NCBI GenBank assembly: GCA_964540825.1
Contig: CAZINT010000003.1
Location: forward strand, 147,250-211,249
Length of the DNA stretch: 64,000 nt
Direction: 5' to 3'
DNA from: an uncultured Gammaproteobacteria bacterium
GTDB taxonomy: Bacteria; Patescibacteriota; Patescibacteriia; Magasanikbacterales; GWA2-37-8
Numbering within the stretch: position 1 is the first letter of the stretch; the number at the start of each line of letters is the position of its first letter. Made by a program: the position numbers and the translations under genes. Positions 38,496 through 49,083 of this stretch are shown here, one piece after another. Under the pieces are notes generated by a model. That model was given only the letters and a program-made list of their open reading frames with translations. It made no database searches and had not been told where the DNA came from.

Positions 38496-38885
38496 TTAAT
38501 AAATCTCGCAAATAAGTTCGCCTCCGACTGCGGCCTTACGAGCCTCCTGGTCAGTCAACATTCCCTGGGACGTAGATAGAATTGCGAGTCCGTACCCATT
38601 CAAAATACGTTTAATGTCATCTTTTTTGATGTACTGGCGATGACCTGGCGTACTGACACGTTTGATATGCTGAATGGCTGGCGTGCCATTATTGTATTTG
38701 AGGGTTACCAAAAGGTACGGGTGTTTATCAACCAGTTCTTCCGCTTTGGTCAAATAACCTTCGCGAACCAAAATCGAGGCAATGGCCATTTTGACTTTGG
38801 AAAACGGAATGACCACGTCCTTCTTATGGACCAAGGATGCATTCCGAATGCGGGTTAACATGTCAGCGATTGGATCAGTCATCAT
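38496..38885 (-). CDS. rpsH: 30S ribosomal protein uS8
   Basis: TDPIADMLTRIRNA, STSQG, GGELICEI. Confidence 0.97.
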   Translation of the reverse strand: MMTDPIADMLTRIRNASLVHKKDVVIPFSKVKMAIASILVREGYLTKAEELVDKHPYLLVTLKYNNGTPAIQHIKRVSTPGHRQYIKKDDIKRILNGYGLAILSTSQGMLTDQEARKAAVGGELICEIY

Positions 38886-38930
38886 ACTATTGAGTATTTT
38901 TAGATTTGGATAGAGTTTTGAAAAAAGTAA

Positions 38931-39116
38931 TTACCAACTCGACTTGCGGACCCCCGGGATCTTTCCATTGTTGGCAAGCTCTCGAAAACAAATACGACAC
39001 AACTCAAAATGCCTCATGAATCCGCGGCGACGGCCGCATTTCCAGCAGCGACGAACTATGCGAGTAGAGAATTTTGGTTTGCGATTTGATTTGGCGATTT
39101 GTCCTTGAGTAGCCAT
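38931..39116 (-). CDS. rpsN: 30S ribosomal protein uS14 (Zn-binding type)
   Basis: RCWKCGR...[18 protein letters not shown]. Confidence 0.96.
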   Translation of the reverse strand: MATQGQIAKSNRKPKFSTRIVRRCWKCGRRRGFMRHFELCRICFRELANNGKIPGVRKSSW

Positions 39117-39133
39117 ACGGGTAGCTTTTGAAA

Positions 39134-39676
39134 TTATTTACTAAAAGGGAAACCGAGCGCACCGAGCAATTTCTTTCCTTCTTCTTTGTTCTTAGCGGTA
39201 GTCGCTACGATAATCTGTAAACCATGAACTTTGTCGATTTCTTCCATCTTTACTTCCGGGAAGGCAATGTTTTCTTTAAAACCAATCGTGTAATTTCCCT
39301 GGCGATCAAATGCTTTATCGGAAATGCCGTGGAAGTCACGGACACGAGGGAAAGTAACACGAAGTAATTTTTCTAAAAATTGATACATCTGAGGGCCGCG
39401 GAGCGTAACCACGACACCGATTTCCATACCTTCACGAATTTTGAAGTTCGAAATTGATTTCTTGGCCTTGGTGCGAATCGGTTTCTGACCGGTAATCTTA
39501 GTTAAAACTTTTTCAACATTATCAATGAAATTAGCTTCTTTCACAAAACGACCAACACCAACATTAACGACCACTTTGGTAATTTTCGGTACCTGCATGA
39601 CGTTCTTGTACCCACCATCTTTGATAAGACTTGGGACAATTTCGGTTTTATAGCGTTCGTACAGATTTTTCGTCAT
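39134..39676 (-). CDS. rplE: 50S ribosomal protein uL5
   Basis: [34 protein letters not shown]. Confidence 0.96.
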   Translation of the reverse strand: MTKNLYERYKTEIVPSLIKDGGYKNVMQVPKITKVVVNVGVGRFVKEANFIDNVEKVLTKITGQKPIRTKAKKSISNFKIREGMEIGVVVTLRGPQMYQFLEKLLRVTFPRVRDFHGISDKAFDRQGNYTIGFKENIAFPEVKMEEIDKVHGLQIIVATTAKNKEEGKKLLGALGFPFSK

Positions 39677-39684
39677 ATAAAAAG

Positions 39685-39990
39685 TTAGATTACCTCGTGG
39701 CATTTAGAACAAACACGAAACTTCTTGTCTCCATCGATTTTCGCTCCGACCCTCGTTGGCTTACTGCAGCGGGGGCAGACCAGCATTACTTTGCTCACAG
39801 CCATTGGGCCGGAAAGTTCAATAACCTGTCCTTTTTCACCTTGCTTGCGGGAACGAATATGTTTTTTGATTTTATTAACGTCTTCGACAACGATTTTTCC
39901 TTCAGCTTTAAAAACCTGGATAACCTTACCGGTTTTACCCTTGTCTTTACCGCTGATGACTTTGACGTTGTCGTTAGTTTTAATTTTCAT
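39685..39990 (-). CDS. rplX: 50S ribosomal protein uL24
   Basis: VKVISGKDKGKTGKV KOW motif; CxxC pairs. Confidence 0.96.
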   Translation of the reverse strand: MKIKTNDNVKVISGKDKGKTGKVIQVFKAEGKIVVEDVNKIKKHIRSRKQGEKGQVIELSGPMAVSKVMLVCPRCSKPTRVGAKIDGDKKFRVCSKCHEVI

Positions 39991-40014
39991 AATCGATATG
40001 AGTAGGAAGCAGGT

Positions 40015-40386
40015 TTATAAAACTTCCGGAGCTAAAGAAATAATTTTTTGAAAACCTTTGGTACGCAGTTCACGAGCGATCGGTCCAAAGATACGGGAAC
40101 CTTTTGGTTCTTTGCTCTTGCGGTCCACAATCACGGCAGCATTTTCATCAAAGCGGATATAGGTTCCGTCGCTGCGGCGGTATTCTTTGCGCTGGCGAAC
40201 AATAACAGCATGAACAACGTCGCTCTTTTTCACAATGCCGCGAGGAGCTGCTTCTTTGACGACGCAGGTAATAATATCCCCGATCTGGGCATAGCGTTTT
40301 TTGTAGCCACCAAGGACGCGAATACACTGGAGCTTTTTAGCACCTGCGTTATCGGCGACATTCAGCATGGAGCGGTGTTGGATCAT
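40015..40386 (-). CDS. rplN: 50S ribosomal protein uL14
   Basis: [35 protein letters not shown]. Confidence 0.97.
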   Translation of the reverse strand: MIQHRSMLNVADNAGAKKLQCIRVLGGYKKRYAQIGDIITCVVKEAAPRGIVKKSDVVHAVIVRQRKEYRRSDGTYIRFDENAAVIVDRKSKEPKGSRIFGPIARELRTKGFQKIISLAPEVL

Positions 40387-40410
40387 ACAGTCAAAATTAA
40401 AATCTCGTGA

Positions 40411-40668
40411 TTACTTTTTTAAAACAGAGGTCAGTGTCCAGCGCTTGGTCTTGGAGAGTGGGCGGCATTCTTTGAAGCCAACCATATCCCCTACCTTAGC
40501 TTCGCCCTTTTCATCATGCACATGATATTTTTTGCTGACACGATAGCTCTTTTGATATTTTTGGTGCATTTTCATCATGTCAATCTTAACCGTAATGGTT
40601 TTCTGCATACCAGTTGAAACCACCAGTCCGGTAAATTGACGCGTTTTTTTTGGAGTAGTTTTTTCCAT
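40411..40668 (-). CDS. rpsQ: 30S ribosomal protein uS17
   Basis: GLVVS..MQKT, KYHVHDE, ECRPLSKTKRW. Confidence 0.96.
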   Translation of the reverse strand: MEKTTPKKTRQFTGLVVSTGMQKTITVKIDMMKMHQKYQKSYRVSKKYHVHDEKGEAKVGDMVGFKECRPLSKTKRWTLTSVLKK

Positions 40669-40669
40669 A

Positions 40670-40861
40670 TTATGCTTTTTGCTTATCTTTTAAGAGCATG
40701 GTGATTCTCGCGATAATTTTGCGGGCGACAGGAACCAAGTGCACCTGTTTAAGGGCGTTAGCTTTAGCCTTAAAGCGATATTCGCGAACGAGGGTGCGCT
40801 GCTCGGCTAAGAGCTGTTTAAGTTCTTGGACACTTTTTGTTTTTAATTCAGCAAATTCCAT
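40670..40861 (-). CDS. rpmC: 50S ribosomal protein uL29
   Basis: Size, position and RKIIARITMLL. Confidence 0.9.
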   Translation of the reverse strand: MEFAELKTKSVQELKQLLAEQRTLVREYRFKAKANALKQVHLVPVARKIIARITMLLKDKQKA

Positions 40862-40866
40862 ACAAT

Positions 40867-41283
40867 TTATTTTTGTTTTTCAATAAAGCGGGTTTTGAGA
40901 CCGAACTTATAGCCAGCCAAATGCATTGCTTCCTTGGCTGCATCGGGCGCAACACCTACCATCTCAAAAAGCATTGTACCAGGCTTTACGACAGCAACAT
41001 AATGATCCGGTGCGCCTTTACCTCCACCCATCGGTGTTTCGTTACCTTTACGAGTAACTGGTTTATCCGGAAAAACGCGAATCCAGATTTTTCCACCTCT
41101 TCGGACATAGCGGGTCAAAACACGGCGAACGGCTTCAATCTGACGACTGGTGATCCAGCCATAGCTTTCGCTTTTAAGACCGAAGTCTCCAAAACTGAGA
41201 CTGTGAGCACGTGTTGCTACACCTTTTTGACGGCGGCGGCCTTTATGCCATTTGCGGTGTTGTACTTTTTTAGGTAAAAGCAT
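40867..41283 (-). CDS. rplP: 50S ribosomal protein uL16
   Basis: [30 protein letters not shown]. Confidence 0.97.
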   Translation of the reverse strand: MLLPKKVQHRKWHKGRRRQKGVATRAHSLSFGDFGLKSESYGWITSRQIEAVRRVLTRYVRRGGKIWIRVFPDKPVTRKGNETPMGGGKGAPDHYVAVVKPGTMLFEMVGVAPDAAKEAMHLAGYKFGLKTRFIEKQK

Positions 41284-41346
41284 ATTTTTTTATCATCTGA
41301 TAATTCCCTACCTATCGGTAGACAGGCAAATTCGTAATATCAAAGG

Positions 41347-42066
41347 TTATTTGCGATTGCCGGTTTGGCGGGTTGCCGGTTTAGGCTGTTCGTTGCCATT
41401 CGCTTGTTTCTGTTCAAATTTATCTTGGCGGCCAAAGGTTTCACCGTGGTAGATCCAGACTTTGATACCAATTTTACCATACATTGTCTGAGCTTCCGCT
41501 GTGGCGTAATCTACGTTACTGCGAATGGTGATCAGGGACATTTTGCCATCAGCCAATTTTTCGCTGCGCGCAATTTCAGCACCGTTCAGGCGTCCACCCA
41601 TTTTCATTTTAACTCCTTTTGCCCCGGCAGCCATTACTTTCTGAATTGCCTGTTTCATAACGCGGCGGAACGGCAAGCGGCGTTCAATTTCGTCAGCAGC
41701 ACTCTGAGCCACAATTGCAGCTGAAAGGGCTGGGTTACTTACTGCCTGGATATTGAGTTTAACGCGAAGGCTAAAGCCCAAAATCTTTTTCTCAATCTCT
41801 TTACGAAGTTCTTCAAGACCGGCTCCGGAGCGACCGATGATAACACCGGGTTTCGCTGCCAAAATAGTGATCGTGAATTCCTTTGGAGTACGCTCAATAC
41901 TAATGGAATCAATTCCAGCTTCACGCAGTTTTTTCATTAAGTACTGACGTGTCTGCACTTCGTGCTTCAAAAATTCCGGGAATTGACGACCACGTCCAAA
42001 CCAGCGAGAATCCCAAGGAAAGATGAAGGGAATGCGATGAATTTTCGGATGTACTTTGTGACCCAT
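41347..42066 (-). CDS. rpsC: 30S ribosomal protein uS3
   Basis: MGHKVHP, KPGVIIGR, GRLNGAEIAR, GIKVWIY. Confidence 0.97.
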   Translation of the reverse strand: MGHKVHPKIHRIPFIFPWDSRWFGRGRQFPEFLKHEVQTRQYLMKKLREAGIDSISIERTPKEFTITILAAKPGVIIGRSGAGLEELRKEIEKKILGFSLRVKLNIQAVSNPALSAAIVAQSAADEIERRLPFRRVMKQAIQKVMAAGAKGVKMKMGGRLNGAEIARSEKLADGKMSLITIRSNVDYATAEAQTMYGKIGIKVWIYHGETFGRQDKFEQKQANGNEQPKPATRQTGNRK

Positions 42067-42097
42067 AGCATTAGAGCTTTAGAGAGATGGAGTAAAA

Positions 42098-42580
42098 TTA
42101 TTTAGTCTTTGCTTTTGGAGCAGCTTTCTTTTTAGCTGGCGCTTTCTTTGGTTTAGTTTCTTTGGCTGCTACAGCAACTTCTGTAGCATCAATTACTTTT
42201 TCTTGTTTTTCTTCTTCGGCCACTACCGGGGTTTTTCCTTTTCCGGTCATTTCAGCAAGCGTAATGGTAATATGCGAGGTGGGTTCGCGCACTGGCGTCG
42301 CACGTCCATGTGCTTTTGGCATCCAGCGCTTGAGCGAAGGTCCGCCATCAACAGTAATAGCAGCAACTTTGAGCGTACCAACCGACATGGAAAAGTTATG
42401 CGTAGCGTTAGCGATCGCTGATTTGAGGAGTTTCAGAATCGGTTCAGCAGCTACTTTGTTCAAAACTGACAATGTAGTAACAGCGCGCTCCACGCGACTG
42501 CCACGGATAAGATCAGCAACTAAGCGAACCTTGCGTGGACTCATGCGGAGAAATCGTAAGTGAGCTTGTACTTCCTTCAT
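42098..42580 (-). CDS. rplV: 50S ribosomal protein uL22 with Lys/Ala-rich C-terminal extension
   Basis: SPRKVRLVADLIRG, SAIANA, GPSLKRW.P.AHGRA. Confidence 0.96.
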   Translation of the reverse strand: MKEVQAHLRFLRMSPRKVRLVADLIRGSRVERAVTTLSVLNKVAAEPILKLLKSAIANATHNFSMSVGTLKVAAITVDGGPSLKRWMPKAHGRATPVREPTSHITITLAEMTGKGKTPVVAEEEKQEKVIDATEVAVAAKETKPKKAPAKKKAAPKAKTK

Positions 42581-42589
42581 ATGGGAATA

Positions 42590-42916
42590 TTATTTCTTTT
42601 TAGCAGCTGGGGCGGCTGGAGCGGTTGCTGATTTACCAGCAGCCTCATCCTTGGCCATCTTACCACCGTGGCGAATAAACTTGCGGGTTGGTGACATTTC
42701 ACCCAAACGATGCCCGACCATATTTTCTTCAACCAAAACACTCAAAAAATCCTTGCCATTGTGGACCAAAAACGTGATACCAACCATCTCTGGAGTGATA
42801 ACACAAGCGCGAGACCAGGTTTTAATCGGGGCGCGTTTGCCGCTGTCCTTAAGTGTTTGCACTTTTTTAAGGACGCGAGGGTCAATGTAAGGACCTTTTT
42901 TTAAGCTTCTAGACAT
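42590..42916 (-). CDS. rpsS: 30S ribosomal protein uS19
   Basis: [28 protein letters not shown]. Confidence 0.96.
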   Translation of the reverse strand: MSRSLKKGPYIDPRVLKKVQTLKDSGKRAPIKTWSRACVITPEMVGITFLVHNGKDFLSVLVEENMVGHRLGEMSPTRKFIRHGGKMAKDEAAGKSATAPAAPAAKKK

Positions 42917-42945
42917 ACAGTAGTAAATAAGTGTTATCCTGGCCT

Positions 42946-43788
42946 TTAGGCGCGGGCACGGCGTGATTTGATAATAAACTTGTTGCTCCATTTCTGCGGC
43001 TGACGAGTGCGGACGCCGCGGGCGGCTTTACCATACACTGTCTGCGGACCACGCTTCTGACCGATTGGACTGTGGCCCTCACCACCACCGTGCGGGTGAT
43101 CTACCGGGTTCATATTCTTACCTTTAACGGTAGGCTTGATACCGCGGTGGCGCATACGGCCAGCTTTACCCCAACGAATCAAACGATGATCCGAATTGCC
43201 AAGCATACCAATTGTTGCTGCACATTCTTTAAGTACAGCACGAACTTCACCGGACGGTAATTTAAGCTGAGCATAGCGTCCTTCGGTGCCGACAAGTTGT
43301 GCAGCCATAGCTGCGCCGCGTACCATTTGACCGCCCTTGCCTGGAGTTAATTCAACGTTGTGAACAAACAAACCAACCGGGATACTTTCAAGCGGCATGC
43401 GGTTGCCAACTTTTGCTTCATTCGGACCTTTTTCAGATTTAATTTTGTCTCCAACCATCAAACCTTCTGGAGCAAGAATATATGATTTTACTTTGTCGGT
43501 ATACTCGATAAGCGCGATACGAGAAGTACGATTCGGATCATACTCAATAGCCAGCACAGTCGCTTCGACACCGAAACGCTGCTGTTTGAAGTCAACCAAG
43601 CGATAAAATTTCTTGGCCCCTCCACCTTGATGACGAACCGTAATATGACCCTGGTTATTGCGGCCGCTTTTGGGCTGCAAAATTGTAATCAGGCTCTTTT
43701 CTGGTTTTGTTTTTGTAATATCAGCAAAAGCATCAACGCTTGATGCGCGGCGACCAGGAGATGTTGGTTTGTAAATTTTAATAGCCAT
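42946..43788 (-). CDS. rplB: 50S ribosomal protein uL2
   Basis: [29 protein letters not shown]. Confidence 0.98.
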   Translation of the reverse strand: MAIKIYKPTSPGRRASSVDAFADITKTKPEKSLITILQPKSGRNNQGHITVRHQGGGAKKFYRLVDFKQQRFGVEATVLAIEYDPNRTSRIALIEYTDKVKSYILAPEGLMVGDKIKSEKGPNEAKVGNRMPLESIPVGLFVHNVELTPGKGGQMVRGAAMAAQLVGTEGRYAQLKLPSGEVRAVLKECAATIGMLGNSDHRLIRWGKAGRMRHRGIKPTVKGKNMNPVDHPHGGGEGHSPIGQKRGPQTVYGKAARGVRTRQPQKWSNKFIIKSRRARA

Positions 43789-43803
43789 ACAAGGGGATGA
43801 GAA

Positions 43804-44256
43804 TTAGACGCCTTCGTGAATGGTAATTGAACTGCCTTTCGGGAGGGTGATAATTGCCTTTTTGAAGTCACTGCGTTTGCCGGCAAATTTACCGAAGCGA
43901 ACGCGGCGGCCCTGCATGTGCGCTACTGCAACACCAACCGGCATAACACCATACAATTCGTGAATCGCACGTTTTACCTGCCCTTTGGTAGCATTCTTTT
44001 CTATCACAAAGGTATATTTGTTAACACTTTCCTCTCGAGCAGTTTTTTCAGTTACCATCGGGCGGACGAGCACGCGATATGAAGTGCCATGCTGGGTAAC
44101 TTTTTTCTTATCAGCGACTTCAGCAGCATCACTCGTAGTTGTAGTTTTGGTTTTTTTAGCAGCCTTAACTGGAGTTGATTTCTTTTCAACAGGAGTTTGT
44201 TCACCGTTAAGTTTTTCTTCAACTTGCTTTTTGGTAAAGCGATCAAGTATTCCCAT
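43804..44256 (-). CDS. rplW: 50S ribosomal protein uL23 with N-terminal extension
   Basis: PMVTEK, YTF, ATK, KKAIITL; about 55 extra N-terminal residues. Confidence 0.93.
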   Translation of the reverse strand: MGILDRFTKKQVEEKLNGEQTPVEKKSTPVKAAKKTKTTTTSDAAEVADKKKVTQHGTSYRVLVRPMVTEKTAREESVNKYTFVIEKNATKGQVKRAIHELYGVMPVGVAVAHMQGRRVRFGKFAGKRSDFKKAIITLPKGSSITIHEGV

Positions 44257-44286
44257 ATTCAGGCGGCTTAGACTAAGGTAAGTAGA

Positions 44287-44916
44287 TTATTTTTTAAATG
44301 TGGCAACGATTTTTTCAACCGCATCTTTTGTGATCACGACTGCTTGGCTCTGGAGAAGATCCATTACCGAGAGGTCGGTGGCAACTTGGTTTTTAACACG
44401 TGGAACGTTGCGTGATACGCGGATAAGGTTAGCATCGTTACTAGCCGAAACAATCAGGAAAGATTTTTGCTTGGCAGGAATGGCTTTCAATGTTGCAGCC
44501 ATGAGTTTTGTTTTTGGCTCGGCAAAGTTGAAATTTTCGACGATATAGAGGGCTCCGCTTTGCGCTTTGTCGCTCAGACACATTTTAGTAGCGAGGCGGC
44601 GAGTCTTTTTATTAATCTTAGTTTTATAATTGCGGATCGATAATGGACCAAAGGTTACACCGCCACCTTTCCAGATTGGCGAGCGGATCGAACCATGGCG
44701 AGCACGTCCCGTACCTTTTTGTGCCCATGGTTTTTTACCACCACCCTGAACTTCACCGCGATTCTTGGTATCTGCCCACGATTCGCGCTGATTGTTCATC
44801 TGAGCGATAAACACTTCATGCACCACTTCAGGTTTAACGGCAACATTGAAAATGTCTTCCGGGAGTTCCATGTCACCTGTTTCTTTTCCAAGAAGATTGT
44901 AAACTTTTGCTTTCAT
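44287..44916 (-). CDS. rplD: 50S ribosomal protein uL4
   Basis: GGGKKPWAQKGTGRARHGSIRSPIWKGGG. Confidence 0.97.
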   Translation of the reverse strand: MKAKVYNLLGKETGDMELPEDIFNVAVKPEVVHEVFIAQMNNQRESWADTKNRGEVQGGGKKPWAQKGTGRARHGSIRSPIWKGGGVTFGPLSIRNYKTKINKKTRRLATKMCLSDKAQSGALYIVENFNFAEPKTKLMAATLKAIPAKQKSFLIVSASNDANLIRVSRNVPRVKNQVATDLSVMDLLQSQAVVITKDAVEKIVATFKK

Positions 44917-44945
44917 ATAGTCGTGTAACTTGTAACGTGTAACTT

Positions 44946-45659
44946 TTAGCTATTCTGCACTTCAGCGGCCGGTTCGGCAGCTGGAGCATTTTCGACTGGA
45001 GCAGCTTCGACTGGAGCAGCTGAACTATTTTTCTTTGTTACCTTCAATTCGCCCAGAGCGCTGATGAGGAGGAGTCCATTGCGGCCGCCTGGTACAGCAC
45101 CTTTAATATATAACTCATTAGTTTCAGGATGCACTTCCACAACTTCCAAATTTTTAACCGTAACGCGTTCGCCGCCCATGCGGCCGGCCATACGCATACC
45201 TTTGAAAACACGCTGCACACCACCAGCGCCAATTGAACCAGGGGCGCGCAGGTTATCTTTATGACCGTGAGAAGCTGGACCACCGCGGAAATGATGACGT
45301 TTAACCACACCAGCAAAACCTTTACCTTTGGAGGTACCAACAACGTTAAGAAGGTCGCCCGGAACAAACGTGTCAACCGTAACGACGTCGCCGCGGTCGA
45401 TTCCAGCCTGATCTGAAACAAAATCTCGAAGTTCACTTACGGGAGCCAAATCTTTCAAGTGTCCGGCTTCAGGCTTCGCAAGACGCCATTCTTTCTTTTC
45501 GCCAAAACCAAGCTGCAAAGCAGTTGTGGTATTTTTACTGTCTTGTTTAACCTGGACTACCTGACAAGGGCCAGCAACAACTTTTGTAACCGGTACAACC
45601 TCACCACTCTTTAAGAAAACCTGGGTCATGCCCATCTTTTTGCCGAGAATGAATTTCAT
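44946..45659 (-). CDS. rplC: 50S ribosomal protein uL3
   Basis: ILGKKMGMTQ, SKGKGFAGVVKRH, RAPGSIG, KGAVPG. Confidence 0.97.
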   Translation of the reverse strand: MKFILGKKMGMTQVFLKSGEVVPVTKVVAGPCQVVQVKQDSKNTTTALQLGFGEKKEWRLAKPEAGHLKDLAPVSELRDFVSDQAGIDRGDVVTVDTFVPGDLLNVVGTSKGKGFAGVVKRHHFRGGPASHGHKDNLRAPGSIGAGGVQRVFKGMRMAGRMGGERVTVKNLEVVEVHPETNELYIKGAVPGGRNGLLLISALGELKVTKKNSSAAPVEAAPVENAPAAEPAAEVQNS

Positions 45660-45979
45660 ATACGTGTGCAACATTGGTAACTTATTGAAACAATTCGTGC
45701 GCTTTTTTTGTTGTAGTGCTTCCTGTTTTTTTCATTTAAAAAACTAGAAGCATCAGGGCGCAATCCAAAATATGGGGATAGCGTACAATGCTTCTAGCCT
45801 TTCCTTATAATCCGGAGCCAAAGAAACAAAACGGATTTTAGAAATTGGCTTGTTTTGGTATTTTCAAATTAATTTTTCCTTCTAGAGTCTTCTAGTACTT
45901 CTTAATGTTTTCCCTAGTCTTACAGACCTTTTAGGGATCTTATTAAGTCGTCGAGCAGACTTACTTTTTAGTTTTCACA

Positions 45980-46008
45980 ATCTTACGCTCTTTTTTTGTA
46001 CCTGTCAA
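45980..46008 (-). promoter_or_regulatory. internal promoter upstream of rplC
   Basis: Minus-strand TTGACA-17-TAAGAT within the ~455 bp rpsJ-rplC gap. Confidence 0.65.
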
Positions 46009-46116
46009 GCGTTTGCCGTGCCGTCTGTGTGAAGAATCCCTTTGCCCAAGAAATACTTCTTAAGCTAAGGGATTCTTCCCCGCCCCCGGCGGGTCAGAAT
46101 GACAACGAGGCTACGT

Positions 46117-46461
46117 TTACATCTTGATTTCAATGTCAACACCGGCAGGGAGTGAGAGGCTCATGAGAGCGTCAATACACTTAGGGTTGGCATTCATAAT
46201 ATCGATAAGGCGTTTGTGGACGCGCATTTCGTATTGTTCACGAGCGTCTTTGTGGACGAACGTGGAACGGTTCACGGTGAACTTGGTTTTTTCGGTTGGT
46301 AATGGTACCGGTCCGATTACCTTAGCTTCGTGGCGTTCGGCAGTTTCGACGATTGTCTTGGTTGCCTGATCAATAATACGGTTGTCGTAGGCGCGAATTT
46401 TGATGCGGATACGACTCATATTCTCATCTTTCTGAGGTGCAGTTTTGCTAGTAGCGGTCAT
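46117..46461 (-). CDS. rpsJ: 30S ribosomal protein uS10
   Basis: [39 protein letters not shown]. Confidence 0.97.
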   Translation of the reverse strand: MTATSKTAPQKDENMSRIRIKIRAYDNRIIDQATKTIVETAERHEAKVIGPVPLPTEKTKFTVNRSTFVHKDAREQYEMRVHKRLIDIMNANPKCIDALMSLSLPAGVDIEIKM

Positions 46462-46534
46462 GTGACTTTAAATAAAGAACTTAATGAACAAAGCAAAAGG
46501 GGTCGCCTCGTTATCGAAGCGACCCATTTGCTTA

Positions 46535-47725
46535 TTATTTGATAATCTTAGTTACAACACCAGAGCCAACCGTGCGGCCACCTTCGCGAATAGCGAAGTT
46601 CATCTTTTCTTCAAGAGCAACTGGAGCAATAAGTTTTACAGTAATACTGATGGTATCTCCTGGCATAACCATTTCGGTTCCGGCTGGAAGTTCGATTTCA
46701 CCAGTAACATCAGTAGTGCGGATATAGAACTGAGGCTTGTAACCCTTGAAGAAAGGCTTGTGACGGCCACCTTCTTCTTTGGTAAGGATATACACTTCAG
46801 CTTCGTATTCAGTGTGAGGAGTAACGGAACCTGGTTTAGCAAGTACCATACCGCGTTCAACATCTTCTTTCTTGGTACCGCGAAGAAGGAGACCGGCATT
46901 GTCACCAGCTTGTCCATCTTTGAGGCTCTTGTTGAACATTTCGATACCAGTAACTACCGTCTTGGAAACATCTTCTTTCAAGCCAACGATAGCAACTTCG
47001 TCGTTAACGTGGATAATACCGCGTTCAATACGACCAGTTACTACAGTACCGCGGCCTTCAATAGAGAAGACGTCTTCAACTGGCATAAGGAATGGTTTGT
47101 CAGTTGCGCGGACTGGGTCTGGGATATATTCATCAACTGCTTTCATGAGGTCAAGAATTGGTTTAGCAGCCGCTTCATCGGTTGGATTTTCGAGAGCTTT
47201 AATAGCACTGCCGCGGATAACCGGTACAGTATCGCCAGGGAAGCCGTATTTCTTGAGAAGATCACGAACTTCTTCTTCAACGAGGTCAACAAGTTCCTTA
47301 TCCTGAACCATGTCAACTTTGTTAAGGAAAACAACGATGTACGCAACACCAACCTGGTGAGCAAGCAAAATGTGTTCACGAGTCTGAGGCATTGGGCCGT
47401 CAGCTGCGGATACAACGAGGATAGCACCGTCCATCTGAGCGGCACCAGTAATCATGTTCTTTACGTAGTCAGCGTGACCTGGACAGTCAACGTGAGCATA
47501 ATGGCGAGCGGCAGTTTCGTATTCAACGTGAGCTGTTGAAATGGTAATACCACGAGCTTTTGACTCTGGGGCTTTATCCAAATCATCGACACCCTTGTTC
47601 TGGGCGGTCTGACCGTGTGCAGTCAAAACCTTGAGGATAGCTGCGGTGGTCGTAGTCTTACCGTGGTCGACGTGACCAATGGTACCAATGTTGACGTGTG
47701 GCTTATTTCGGACGAAATCGGCCAT
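46535..47725 (-). CDS. tuf: elongation factor Tu
   Basis: [45 protein letters not shown]. Confidence 0.99.
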   Translation of the reverse strand: MADFVRNKPHVNIGTIGHVDHGKTTTTAAILKVLTAHGQTAQNKGVDDLDKAPESKARGITISTAHVEYETAARHYAHVDCPGHADYVKNMITGAAQMDGAILVVSAADGPMPQTREHILLAHQVGVAYIVVFLNKVDMVQDKELVDLVEEEVRDLLKKYGFPGDTVPVIRGSAIKALENPTDEAAAKPILDLMKAVDEYIPDPVRATDKPFLMPVEDVFSIEGRGTVVTGRIERGIIHVNDEVAIVGLKEDVSKTVVTGIEMFNKSLKDGQAGDNAGLLLRGTKKEDVERGMVLAKPGSVTPHTEYEAEVYILTKEEGGRHKPFFKGYKPQFYIRTTDVTGEIELPAGTEMVMPGDTISITVKLIAPVALEEKMNFAIREGGRTVGSGVVTKIIK

Positions 47726-47962
47726 ATGATTTAAAAACTTTACGCGGCGCTTCGGCGAGTGGTCGCTTTAGCTTTATGTCCAGCCGCTCCTACTAATAGA
47801 TTTTAATAAAGGGTTGAGTACTTTTTGTGTTCAAGTCTGATTACGCGCAAAAAACGCCTAAAAATAGACAAACTAACACGTGGCGACACTATAGCAAATA
47901 AAAAAAGCCTTGGCAAGAGCGGTGGATGTGGACAAACCCTCATTTTCCAAGGCTTTAGACGT

Positions 47963-48349
47963 TTATTCAACCGCTTCAAGGTAAAACCGGGGCTCCTCTT
48001 CGTCTTCGGGTACGTCCGACAGGTCTTCTTCCGAGTTTGCACTCCCGCTTGGGGCAACCCAATCATCGTTAAATTCCAGCTTTTTTTCTGGTTTAGGTGG
48101 TTCGGGTGCTACGGGTGGAGCGGGTTTAGGCACTTCTTCAATTACTTCGTCGCCCCCCTCTTCGTCCCATTGTTCAAAATCCGGCAAGGGGCCGTCTTCA
48201 CCGCCCGGGAGGGCAAAATCCATCAGGTTTTCATACTCATCGAGCCGCATCATGACCAGCACATCTTCGGTTTCTTGATCCAGGACTACCACGCGGTCGC
48301 CGGTTTTGCGTACCAGGCCAATTACACGGTTAATTTGATTTTGTTTCAT
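47963..48349 (-). CDS. hypothetical protein with acidic C-terminus
   Basis: 128 aa ORF with core-like composition; V+M..DEYE and FYLE motifs. Confidence 0.7.
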   Translation of the reverse strand: MKQNQINRVIGLVRKTGDRVVVLDQETEDVLVMMRLDEYENLMDFALPGGEDGPLPDFEQWDEEGGDEVIEEVPKPAPPVAPEPPKPEKKLEFNDDWVAPSGSANSEEDLSDVPEDEEEPRFYLEAVE

Positions 48350-48488
48350 ACAAATATAAATTGACCAAAAAAGAAGCTCCTCCGACTTTTGGCATTATAA
48401 AACGGTTTTACCGTTTGGTCAAACAGGCTTAAAAATAAAAAAACACCTATGGTTAGGTATTCACTTTTTGCTGTAGGAAGAGAGGGGT

Positions 48489-48522
48489 GGCAACCTCTCT
48501 GACCGAGGTCAGAGAGGTTGCC
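48489..48522. repeat. perfect 16 bp inverted repeat
   Basis: GGCAACCTCTCTGACC-ga-GGTCAGAGAGGTTGCC. Confidence 0.85.
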
Positions 48523-48770
48523 GAGGTCGCGCGCCGCTGCCGGATACTTCTCCAAGGAGAAGGCCCGCGCCCGCGGTGGACGACGAACTTGATGTCCCAG
48601 TTGCGCTGCCAGCGCCCGGATGAAGGCGATCATCCCAGGGCCCGCAGCAGCAGGAACTTACTTCTAGAAGACCGACATGTAGTGCCGGCGCCGCGGATGT
48701 CTGCACCGAGGTGCAGTTCGCCGCGTCGCCGAGCGCTACAGGTGCCGTGGGTCGCGCCGGCGCAGCTGAG

Positions 48771-48911
48771 TTAGTTGACGATCATGTGCTCGCGGTCGCC
48801 GTCGCCGTTGCCGAGGCTGGAGGTGTTGCCGCCGCGCATGTGGTCGAGGGACAGGCCGCCGCCGAACTTGCGGTTCGAATAGGTGCCCATGTGGCGCATG
48901 TGCTCGTTCAT
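48771..48911 (-). CDS. 46 aa GC-rich peptide with four His-Met motifs (below ORF-track cutoff)
   Basis: MNEHMRHMGTYSNRKFGGGLSLDHMRGGNTSSLGNGDGDREHMIVN; nearly all third positions G/C; TTGACA upstream at 48992-48997. Confidence 0.55.
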   Translation of the reverse strand: MNEHMRHMGTYSNRKFGGGLSLDHMRGGNTSSLGNGDGDREHMIVN

Positions 48912-49083
48912 CGGGAATCTTCTTTCAATTTTTGTTTGTTGTCACCACTCGTTTCCGAGGGTATGAACACCCTGCCACAATCCCCCATTATTGTCAAGCC
49001 TACAGGTGTGGAAAACTTAAAAAGCCTTATTTTTTACTAAAAATAAGGCTTTTTAAAGTTAAGGTAATTTTTTATGTACACTT

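Noticed and set aside
46069-46104. GATTCTTC...CAGAATGACA REP/MITE-like motif
   Set aside because: Single degenerate copy in the window with no associated transposase; not enough to call a mobile element.
46484-47539. 351 aa ORF antisense to tuf (and similar ORFs antisense to fusA)
   Set aside because: Typical antisense shadow of highly biased, conserved genes.
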